DNA of 64,000 nt, taken from assembly GCA_963845185.1 (NCBI GenBank), contig CAWJRG010000001.1, positions 96,001 through 160,000 on the forward strand, written 5' to 3'. Below are positions 42,701 through 49,939 of the stretch, piece by piece (the stretch's first letter is position 1; each line of letters opens with the position of its first letter). The notes beneath the pieces were generated by a model. It was not told the DNA's origin. It did no database searches and was given only the letters and a program-made list of their open reading frames with translations. The position numbers were made by a program, and so were the translations under genes. The stretch comes from an uncultured bacterium (lineage in GTDB: Bacteria > Oederibacteriota > PGYV01 > CAWJRG01).

Positions 42701-44959
42701 CGCCTTCCATATAAGCTGCGAACCAGTAACTGTCAAAGTAATGCCAGTGCCGGATATCACCTGTTCCCAATTGGCTCCATTGTTGTCGGAAAGATAATAA
42801 CTTATAGCCCCGTAACTGCCTAAATTCTGTGTCGCGGTTAAAGTGACGCTTGAATATCCCGAAGCCCATGCGTCTATTGTAATCGATTGCGCGACGCCTG
42901 GTGATAAATAATTCAACCCGTATATATTCAGTTTTGCGTTGTCCCCTCCTATTATAAACGACCCGTTTCCAAAGGCAATTGTATTTATAGTTGACTGGTT
43001 GAAGTTCACAAGGCTACTGCTGTCATTTGTGTAAGTACCGCCTGGACCACCTGCATTATTTACTATTTGCCCGCCCGTACCGCCCATAAACCAATTTAAA
43101 CTCGACGGGTTTACATCCACGCCGTATATGTTATTGCCAGAACCAAAACTCAGGGCGCTTGTATCCGAATAATAACTGAGTTGCGATGAATCATAATGCC
43201 CCATCTGCCCGCTGTTGCATCCAAACCGAGTTATATTGCCGCCGTCCCATTTTATGCTGTTTATACCGTAACTTCCGCCCAGCGCGCCGGAAAGTAATCC
43301 GCTTGCGTCACTGAAACTGCTGGTGCCGTCATAAGTATTTAATTCCCCGCCGCTGCCTCCTATGAACCACCAACCATCATACGGGTTGCCGTCCCAATCC
43401 GCCGCCTTTACAGCGTCGCTGCTATTCCAGTTTGTCAAACCTGATGACTCGTCTGTAATTGTAGTACCGTTGTATATTGCCAGGTGTTGACTGTCACCGC
43501 CTATAAGCCACTGGTTATTTGCCCATTTTATAACGTTTATGTTTATGTTTGATGAACTCCAGCCTAATGCTGAAGTCAACGAACTGAATGACGTCCCGTT
43601 ATACGATGAAAGATATCCTCCAGCGCCTCCTATCAGCCAGTACGAGCCGTTCCATCCCACTGCCAGTACGTTGTTTGCTCCAAACCCGAGGCTTGACCTC
43701 AAATCGTAAAACATATAAGTGCTCGCGTCAATTGTGTTCAGGTCTCCGTCCGCCCCGCCTATTATCCAGTATGCCCCGTTATACCCGGCGCATTTTATCG
43801 AATCCGCACCAAAATCCGTTATATTGTGTGATAAATCCGTATTTGTCGGTGAGTTATAAGTCCCGGTCCTTTCCAGTATTTTGCCGTTTTGGCCACCGAT
43901 TAAATTTGTCGCGCTTGACTGCTTGTCCGTTCCTATTGCCCATATCGGACCTGTTGAAAAATATGACGGCATTGTCTGCAAATTGTAACTTGCGTCACCT
44001 GCTGTCTGCGGGCAGTATAGCGCTGTATTAGAGCCGTTATTCCCTCCTATCATCCAGTAGCTGCCGTTCCATTTTATCGCCCATATTGAAGAGAATGTTA
44101 CTTTGCTGCTCTCGTCCGTAAAGCTCGTCCCCCCGTTATAAGTCGCAAGCTTGCCGCTGCCTCCACCAAGCATCCATATCCCCGCAGTGCTGTTATAGTC
44201 AATCGCATATATGTCATAGGATGTGCCACCCCATGTGGTATTGAGATATGTTGTTAAATCTGTAAACGTGCTGCCGTTATAACTTACTATCCTCCCGCCT
44301 GTTAACCCTATCAGCCAGTTCCCACCGCTTCCGTATGAGACCGCCCTTATGTCGTAAGTTGAAATCCCTGAAGGTAGTGATGCTTTAAGGCTGGTCCAAT
44401 TTGTGCCGTCATATTTGTTTATCGACCCGCTGCTTCCGGCTATCAGCCAGTAAGCTCCGTCGGGATTGTAGCCTATAGTGAAGACACTTCCGCTAAATAA
44501 TATAAGGTTTGCTTTATAATCGCTCCACGTAGTGCCGTCCCATTTGTTTAATGTCGTGTTATCGCCGCCTATCAGCCAGTAACTGCCGTTATATTTGATT
44601 GAGCGGATGTTGCTGTTCCCGAAATTCACCAGGTTCGACGAAAAATCTATAAAATTTGTCCCGTCCCATTCATTTATCTTTGCCTGTAATCCGCCGATTA
44701 GCCACTGGGTAGATGACGCGTACTCTATGGCTGTTATCCCGCCTCCCCAGTCTATAACTCCTGTTGTTTCTGCAAATCCATTTGCTTTAGCAAGTATGGC
44801 ATAATGGTCTAAAATATCCCAGTTTGCCGTGGTACTTGCAGTATTTTCATAACTGGTGTTAGTAAAATTTTCAATAAAAGTATTTGCCCGCAGCAGCACT
44901 GCAGTGCATAATAATAATATGGAAGCTGTAAAAACTGTGGTTAATATTCTCTTTTTCAC
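39785..44959 (-). CDS. Giant secreted surface protein B (1724 aa): same head and CTD as A, different central domain plus DUF11-like domain
   Basis: GTG start after GAGG; paralogous propeller repeats; central SLIIPMD...RAYGLVYQLL..G.PV.WAI domain; VTKSGP..ITYTINYQN..DTIPANMTYVS; near-identical CTD. Confidence 0.88.
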   Translation of the reverse strand: MKKRILTTVFTASILLLCTAVLLRANTFIENFTNTSYENTASTTANWDILDHYAILAKANGFAETTGVIDWGGGITAIEYASSTQWLIGGLQAKINEWDGTNFIDFSSNLVNFGNSNIRSIKYNGSYWLIGGDNTTLNKWDGTTWSDYKANLILFSGSVFTIGYNPDGAYWLIAGSSGSINKYDGTNWTSLKASLPSGISTYDIRAVSYGSGGNWLIGLTGGRIVSYNGSTFTDLTTYLNTTWGGTSYDIYAIDYNSTAGIWMLGGGSGKLATYNGGTSFTDESSKVTFSSIWAIKWNGSYWMIGGNNGSNTALYCPQTAGDASYNLQTMPSYFSTGPIWAIGTDKQSSATNLIGGQNGKILERTGTYNSPTNTDLSHNITDFGADSIKCAGYNGAYWIIGGADGDLNTIDASTYMFYDLRSSLGFGANNVLAVGWNGSYWLIGGAGGYLSSYNGTSFSSLTSALGWSSSNININVIKWANNQWLIGGDSQHLAIYNGTTITDESSGLTNWNSSDAVKAADWDGNPYDGWWFIGGSGGELNTYDGTSSFSDASGLLSGALGGSYGINSIKWDGGNITRFGCNSGQMGHYDSSQLSYYSDTSALSFGSGNNIYGVDVNPSSLNWFMGGTGGQIVNNAGGPGGTYTNDSSSLVNFNQSTINTIAFGNGSFIIGGDNAKLNIYGLNYLSPGVAQSITIDAWASGYSSVTLTATQNLGSYGAISYYLSDNNGANWEQVISGTGITLTVTGSQLIWKAVLKTSDNIFSPDVSLITIDFTRNPAYTPTITPTYTITPTITPTPSITKTCTNSPTPTNSPTQTATPTWTPTATPTYTWTPTYTSTSTNTPTPTDTETATPTWTQTVTPTWTPTDTITLTNTPTPSPTFTGTPSITQTYTYTNSPTITPTLTSTPVFSTTITVTYTITPTWTASPTATQNPTVTFGTGSLIIPMDTTAGRTNQNNSMWRAYGLVYQLLLHGIPVNWAIKSYKAYEATDFTCSQTTDVRTAAVYTNPVYDGGPFIIDIKDNTVAAMAIITAWNNGQTTNIVQVHQYTGTGTFGAPVFRRLRAAPGIALFANDDPRGTWQIAATYLSNAGIPDSTGNATWPVTSPDVLTAAQIAGSTTTDHHDGALFLTPDGLPKYCTLINEHWAAYPVGPSCDAGYDGCPNSQTTANDAEAIAEIETYVKYPGSHVFAQCISVDAFENDIISTTPTSQANWIYGGHGHWLTTLGLTSTAQNITRTANVLPDSPFGQATGQWTNATGAETAFQLAPGSVFYGGSSSVIQVNLASSGGTYPNMYMTGYYHGITSCGKVSYMCEHQSAYTLPYTGNAEGPAMRYFFNSLFESPNTSETVPQMYVTKSGPAQDQIGWPITYTINYQNVSGIAYNVTIYDTIPANMTYVSSTGGGNTTTASGMVVWNLGALDINASGSVTVTYLLGTAAGWDNTSYAVYQTGPTHFAAYSNDVHTTAVIFTATSTVTPTSTGTPTATPTNTPTNTNTNTPTITPTDTPTWTPTSTPTFTASPTYTITPTSTDSPTITDTPTITQTFTITPTYTATIYTWTITPTCTITPTITWTSTITKTSTSTETVTFTYTITPTISQTYTITMTYTITLTYTITPTYTISPTISITPTVIPYLTPTPTPDVIAVYPNPYNRETAFNHTLKFDFLPPNSNVVIYNIEGFKIYEINGATGRIEWDGKNKNGEQVAAGIYFYIVTTTNGTYKGKIYLVK

Positions 44960-44994
44960 TCTAATTCGCCTCTTTATTATTCTTAATTATAATA

Positions 44995-45023
44995 ATTCTA
45001 ACAATAAATTTTTATAATTGCAA
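44995..45023 (-). promoter_or_regulatory. Promoter of module B
   Basis: TTGCAA-17 bp-TAGAAT with extended -10 TG. Confidence 0.5.
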
Positions 45024-45294
45024 GTTTTGAATTACCTGTGATTCTCCAGAATATTTATTCTTTTTTCCCGTCAAAGAACATTTTGCAACTATTTTGTATA
45101 GCAGCATTTTCTGTGCCTTAAAAAATCTCTTCAAATAAAGGCTTTAAAAACATACCTAAAATAGTTTTTAGCCTTTTGGCACATTATAAAAATATCTGTG
45201 CCTTTTGGAACAAACCTGTATTTGCAGGGTTTGGGCAGGTATTGTATCAATTCATGATTGCATTTTAGACTTTTTCAATTTATAATTCCTCATC

Positions 45295-46461
45295 ATGGAA
45301 AAAAATATTTTTATGAAAAAACTCATATTTAACACTGCATTATTTGCGCTGGCATCTGCCCTGTCCGACGGATTTGTCAATGTTTTTATCTGGCGGCTGA
45401 AAGGCGACTTCACGTTAATTGCCCAATACATGCTTTCCACTTATATTGTTGTGCCTTTTGTATTTTATTTATGCGGCTATATCGCCATGCGCATTGACCG
45501 GGTTTCTATTTATAAAACAGGCATATTTTTCTACCTTCTATATTATCTTATCATCCTGCTGTTAAATCAGAAAGTTACTGATTATCTTATACTTATAGGA
45601 ATTGTGCGCGGCGTCGCCATGGGCCTTTATTTTTTCGGTTACCATATACTCACGATAGATTTTACTTCAACCCATAACCGGGATTCTTTTTACGGTACGA
45701 CCAGTTTGCTGAGCGGCATTGCGTCGATAGTCGCGCCATCGCTTGCAGGTTTTATTATAATAAAATTTGCCGGTTTCAGGGGATATTATACCGTTTTTAT
45801 TTGTTCTATGCTGATATTTGTTACTGCGGCTGTAATGTCAGGAGCCTTTGCGTCAGGCTCGCTTATTAAAAAGCCCTACAAAATCAGGGACCTTATCTTT
45901 GCGGGAAACAGAAAATGGCGCAGGACAATGATGGCGTATTTTTTCATTACGGCAAAAGACACAATCATGGCTCTGCTCATAGGCGTGCTTATTTATAAAT
46001 CGACAGGCAGCGAATTCACTCTTGGCAAATACGCGACTTTCGTTTCCATCATTGCGATTGCCGCTTCATACATTGTCGGTAAAATATCAAAGCCTGAAAC
46101 AAGGGGTTCCCATATGCTTGCCGGCGCGGTTTTATATTTTCTCGCCAGCTTTTTGCTTGTTTATAAAATCGAGTTTATAACGCTTTTGATTTTCGGCATG
46201 ATAACAGCGGTTACGGACCGGCTTATAGGTATTCCAATGTCCGCTTATTCAATGGACCTTATTTCCAATGATGCCAATGCCCAGGAACGAAAAATGGAAT
46301 ACATAGTTGCCAGGGATGTGCCGGTTGCTGCTGGCAGGATTACAATCCTGCTCCTTTTTATCCTTCTTATCCGTTATATGCCAATAAGCGGCATTAAAGC
46401 AATTATTTTGCTTGTTTGCACTTTTCCGCTCGCAATGTATTTTTCAATATATAGAAAGTAA
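45295..46461 (+). CDS. MFS transporter (YqgE-like); start may be 45313
   Basis: About 12 hydrophobic segments; FVNVFIWR and EYIVARD motifs. Confidence 0.8.
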   Translation: MEKNIFMKKLIFNTALFALASALSDGFVNVFIWRLKGDFTLIAQYMLSTYIVVPFVFYLCGYIAMRIDRVSIYKTGIFFYLLYYLIILLLNQKVTDYLILIGIVRGVAMGLYFFGYHILTIDFTSTHNRDSFYGTTSLLSGIASIVAPSLAGFIIIKFAGFRGYYTVFICSMLIFVTAAVMSGAFASGSLIKKPYKIRDLIFAGNRKWRRTMMAYFFITAKDTIMALLIGVLIYKSTGSEFTLGKYATFVSIIAIAASYIVGKISKPETRGSHMLAGAVLYFLASFLLVYKIEFITLLIFGMITAVTDRLIGIPMSAYSMDLISNDANAQERKMEYIVARDVPVAAGRITILLLFILLIRYMPISGIKAIILLVCTFPLAMYFSIYRK

Positions 46462-46534
46462 TATTTTTGGCTGTTTTGTGTCCTGAATTTTTTATTGAAA
46501 ATTGATAATTGCCAAGTGAAAATAATGCTTCTCT

Positions 46535-47701
46535 TTAAATTAGGTGGTCCTTTACAAACGTAACATCCTGCTTCTGCTTTATCATTTCCTGCAGTTTGCT
46601 TGTGTCTTTTGTGTCTCCGAGCAGTATGGCGCCTGTTATTTTGTTGTCTTTCAGGCATATTTTTTTATAAACTTCTTTCCCCTTTTTTACCAGCACTTCT
46701 GAACCCTCTCCCGCCTCTATTGAACCGAGCGAGACAAAATCAATCTCCATGACCTTTAATTTAGTCGCCTGCACTGTGCCTGCGTACTCGGTCCTGCGGC
46801 CTGTTGAGTTAAGCCCGGCAAAATACCCCTGGTCTTTGGCCGCGGGCCATATTCCATAAACAACGCCGTTAAATTCCGCTATGTCGCCGCATGCAAAAAT
46901 ATTGTCGCTGTTTGTTTTGAGGAAACTGTCCACTTTTATCCCCCTGCCTGATTCCACGGAAGTATTTTTTATAATGCCGAGGTTTGGCTTTATGCCGGTC
47001 GATATTAAAATCATGTCCGTTTCCAGCACGCTTGAGTCCTTGCATTTCACGATAAGTTTGCCGCCTGCCCTCGTAACAGCAGCAGCCTGCTTGTTTAAAT
47101 AAAATGAAAGCCCCCTTGCCTCAAGCATTTGCTGCATTACCAGCGCGCCTTCGCTGTCAAGCTGCCGCGGCAGTAGCCGCTCGAAAAATTCCGCGACCGA
47201 GACGGTAAGCCCGAGCGCCTTTAGGCTGTTTGCCGCTTCTATGCCGAGAAGCCCGGCGCCCAGGACAAGCGCTCTTTTTTTATTTTTGGCGTAATCCTTT
47301 ATTACGTTGGCATCATCTATCGTTCTAAGCGTAAAAACCCCCTCCTGGTTTACATTTTCAATTGGAGGCACAAGCGATGCTGCCCCTGCCGCTATGATGA
47401 GTTTGTCGAATTTTATTTTTTCGCTCGAGATTAAAATTATTTCCCTGTGGCCTTCGTCTATATTGCCCACCGTAACGCCGAGTGAAAGTCGTATATTTTT
47501 TTCATCGTACCAGTTCTTGTTGTGCAGTACCAGCCGTTCTCCCTGAATTTTATTTCCCAGAAATTCTATCACGCGCGGCCTGGAATAATAATAGTGCTTT
47601 TCCGTGCTCAGTACATGTATTTCAGCGTCCTTATCAACGCTCCTTATTGTCTCTGCCGCGGTGATGCCCGCAACTCCGTTTCCTATAATAACAAAACGCA
47701 T
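46535..47701 (-). CDS. NAD(P)/FAD-dependent oxidoreductase (NADH:rubredoxin oxidoreductase / NirB N-terminal-like)
   Basis: GNGVAG, YYSRP, LRTIDDA, GAGLLGIE, IFACGDIAE, TKLKV. Confidence 0.9.
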   Translation of the reverse strand: MRFVIIGNGVAGITAAETIRSVDKDAEIHVLSTEKHYYYSRPRVIEFLGNKIQGERLVLHNKNWYDEKNIRLSLGVTVGNIDEGHREIILISSEKIKFDKLIIAAGAASLVPPIENVNQEGVFTLRTIDDANVIKDYAKNKKRALVLGAGLLGIEAANSLKALGLTVSVAEFFERLLPRQLDSEGALVMQQMLEARGLSFYLNKQAAAVTRAGGKLIVKCKDSSVLETDMILISTGIKPNLGIIKNTSVESGRGIKVDSFLKTNSDNIFACGDIAEFNGVVYGIWPAAKDQGYFAGLNSTGRRTEYAGTVQATKLKVMEIDFVSLGSIEAGEGSEVLVKKGKEVYKKICLKDNKITGAILLGDTKDTSKLQEMIKQKQDVTFVKDHLI

Positions 47702-47722
47702 TTTTACCTCTTTGTTTAAAAT

Positions 47723-47759
47723 AAAAAAAGGCGACGCCTTATGGCCCGCCTTGTTTTTT
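47723..47759 (-). terminator. Probable terminator after rplS
   Basis: Imperfect aaggcg..gcc-ttat-ggc..cgcctt hairpin with flanking A/T runs. Confidence 0.5.
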
Positions 47760-47768
47760 ATGTAAGGA

Positions 47769-48266
47769 TTACTTTTGGGGCTGCTGCTGGGCTTTTTTCT
47801 CTGCTTTTGCTTCTTTTGCCGCCTGCTTCTCTGGCGCCACTGCTCCGGTTATTTCAATTTTCTGTTCGGATACCGCTATGGTTCCCTCTCCGGGGGCAAG
47901 CATGTCGCCCTCAAACCTCATTGCTTCTTTTCTTACTTTTCTTCCAAAAGCTTTTCTCATGTAAAAAAGCTTTGCCCTCTTTGCCTCGCCCGGTTTCACG
48001 ATTTTAATGCTCTCCACCATCGGTGAGTGAATCGGGAATGTCCTCTCCACGCCTATGCCTCCGTAAGAAATTTTCCTTATGGTCAGCATTTCGTTTAATC
48101 CGGAGCCTTTTTTCGCTATTAAAATGCCTTCAAACACCTGTATCCTCTCTTTTCCCCCCTCGACAATCTTGGTGTTCACTTTCACCGCGCTTCCGATGGA
48201 AATATCCTTAAACCCCTTGCCTTTTTTCATATATTGTTTTTCAACAATAGCTTCTATGTTCCTCAT
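47769..48266 (-). CDS. rplS: 50S ribosomal protein L19 with C-terminal extension
   Basis: KIVEGGKERIQVFEG, IRKISYGGIGVERTFPIHSP, RAKLFYMR. Confidence 0.96.
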   Translation of the reverse strand: MRNIEAIVEKQYMKKGKGFKDISIGSAVKVNTKIVEGGKERIQVFEGILIAKKGSGLNEMLTIRKISYGGIGVERTFPIHSPMVESIKIVKPGEAKRAKLFYMRKAFGRKVRKEAMRFEGDMLAPGEGTIAVSEQKIEITGAVAPEKQAAKEAKAEKKAQQQPQK

Positions 48267-48991
48267 TTTTTCCTTGCTCCTTTCCTGGTATCTTCCAAAT
48301 TTTTTTTATTCATACCGGATTCTTTCAGGATATCCGGCCTGTTTTTCAAGGTCTTTTTCAGCGCTTCTTCCTGACGCCATTGCTTTATCTTCGCATGGTT
48401 CCCCGAAAAAAGTGTCTCAGGCACTTTCAGCCCTTTAAATTCCCTCGGCCGTGTGTATTGCGGATAATCAAGCAACCCTGTGGTAAAGGATTCGTTTTTA
48501 CTTGATTCCTCGTTGCCCAGGACGCCGGGTAATAACCTTATTATTCCTTCTATGACAACCATTGCGGCAAATTCCCCGCCGCTCAGGACATAATCGCCTA
48601 TTGACAGTTCCTCGTCCGCGTAACTCAGGAGCCGTTCGTCTACGCCTTCGTACCTGCCGCATATAAGCACGATATGCTTCAGTTTTGCGAGCCCCTCGAG
48701 TTTTTTCTGCGTGAGCTTTTTGCCTGAAGCACTTAAAAGTATCACCCTGCTGTCGTTTCTGCGCACGGACTCCAGCGCGCCGGATAACGGCTCAATTTTC
48801 ATCACCATGCCTTCACCGCCGCCGAAAGGCGCGTCGTCTGTCGTCCTGTGCCTATCTTTCGCGAAGTCCCGGATATTCGTTATGTTAAAATCAGCGGCAC
48901 CTTTCTCCCTTGCCCTTTTTATCGTTGAAAAATCAAGGGCACCATTTAAAAAAACTTCCGGAAAAATCGTAAGAACGTCAATCAGTATCAT
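48263..48991 (-). CDS. trmD: tRNA (guanine37-N1)-methyltransferase
   Basis: DDAPFGGGEGMV, CGRYEGVDER, SIGDYVLSGGE, LDYPQYTRP. Confidence 0.97.
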   Translation of the reverse strand: MILIDVLTIFPEVFLNGALDFSTIKRAREKGAADFNITNIRDFAKDRHRTTDDAPFGGGEGMVMKIEPLSGALESVRRNDSRVILLSASGKKLTQKKLEGLAKLKHIVLICGRYEGVDERLLSYADEELSIGDYVLSGGEFAAMVVIEGIIRLLPGVLGNEESSKNESFTTGLLDYPQYTRPREFKGLKVPETLFSGNHAKIKQWRQEEALKKTLKNRPDILKESGMNKKNLEDTRKGARKK

Positions 48992-49226
48992 TATCTACAA
49001 TTTCAAGTGGTATTTTTTTCTTTAAGCCTTTATTAATGGAAGCCATGCTTATCAGGCTCCTTATTGCCTTTATGGTTTTGCCTTCCCTGCCTATTATATT
49101 TTTAATATCGTCTTTGCCCACCCTGACAATGTACTTTCTCATTAGCCCGTCGTCGAATTCCTTGACCTGAAGTTTGTCCTGGTCGTTCACTATCTGTCCG
49201 GCCACATACTTTAAAAGTTCTTTCAT
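48978..49226 (-). CDS. khpA: KH-domain RNA-binding protein KhpA
   Basis: MKELL..., IIGREGKTIKAIR; directly after rpsP. Confidence 0.88.
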   Translation of the reverse strand: MKELLKYVAGQIVNDQDKLQVKEFDDGLMRKYIVRVGKDDIKNIIGREGKTIKAIRSLISMASINKGLKKKIPLEIVDNDTD

Positions 49227-49229
49227 TTT

Positions 49230-49475
49230 TTATTTTATTTCCATTTTTTTCAGTATTGATTTCAGGGTCAGTGATACTGCCGCGCCTCTTTTAATCCACT
49301 TGTCGACTTTTTCTTTATCAATTTTGACAATGGCCGGGTTTTTTGTCGGATTATAATACCCGAGTTCCTCTATATATTTTCCGCCTTTTACCGAGCGCCT
49401 TTTGTCGGCAGCGACAATCCTGAAAAACGGGGACTTGTTCTTTCCCATTCTTTTCATCCTTAAAACTATAGCCAA
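49230..49475 (-). CDS. rpsP: 30S ribosomal protein S16
   Basis: LRMKRMG...PFFRIVAAD.R...IEELGYYNP...WIKRGA; TTG start after GGAGG. Confidence 0.96.
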   Translation of the reverse strand: MAIVLRMKRMGKNKSPFFRIVAADKRRSVKGGKYIEELGYYNPTKNPAIVKIDKEKVDKWIKRGAAVSLTLKSILKKMEIK

Positions 49476-49573
49476 CTTAACACCTCCTGATTTTTTGTTT
49501 CGTTTTCTTTATTCCTTTCAATTTCAATCCCGCAATTCCCAATAGTGGCGAACCGGCGAAATCCGCAATTCAA

Positions 49574-49649
49574 TGGAGCCGATGACCCGATTCGAACGGG
49601 TGACCCACGGTTTACGAAACCGTTGCTCTAGCCTCTGAGCTACACCGGC
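49574..49649 (-). tRNA. tRNA-Thr(CGT)
   Basis: GCCGGTGTAGCTCAG...ACGGT TTCGTAA ACCGT...GTTCGAATC...CGGCTCCA. Confidence 0.95.
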
Positions 49650-49712
49650 GTATTTTATTTCTGCAAATAATTGCCATTTTTCAATCGTGTAGCGTGCCAG
49701 CGTTCTACGGGA

Positions 49713-49788
49713 TGGTGCCGAGAGACGGAATCGAACCGCCGACGCACAGATTTTCAGTCTGTCGCTCTACCGACTGAGCTATCTCGGC
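49713..49788 (-). tRNA. tRNA-Phe(GAA)
   Basis: GCCGAGATAGCTCAGTCGGTAGAGC ACAGA CTGAAAA TCTGT...GGTTCGATTCC...CGGCACCA. Confidence 0.97.
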
Positions 49789-49828
49789 TCCCAATTTTAT
49801 TGTTATAAGTTATGCTGGTAGATTCAAA

Positions 49829-49857
49829 AGTATAAAAGAAATAGGTATAAATGTCAA
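49829..49857 (-). promoter_or_regulatory. Promoter of the tRNA-Phe/tRNA-Thr/rpsP unit
   Basis: TTGACA-17 bp-TATACT. Confidence 0.65.
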
Positions 49858-49939
49858 TTTTTATTTTATATTTACCGGCTCAAATCCGCTGCAAAAAGAT
49901 ATATGTTTTTAAGGATTCCCTTCGGTTACGGCTCTGTTC

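Noticed and set aside
45110..45210. Sigma54 promoter or activator sites (tgtgcc/tggcac motifs)
   Set aside because: TGGCAC is not followed by TTGC at the required spacing; the repeats are too short to support a call
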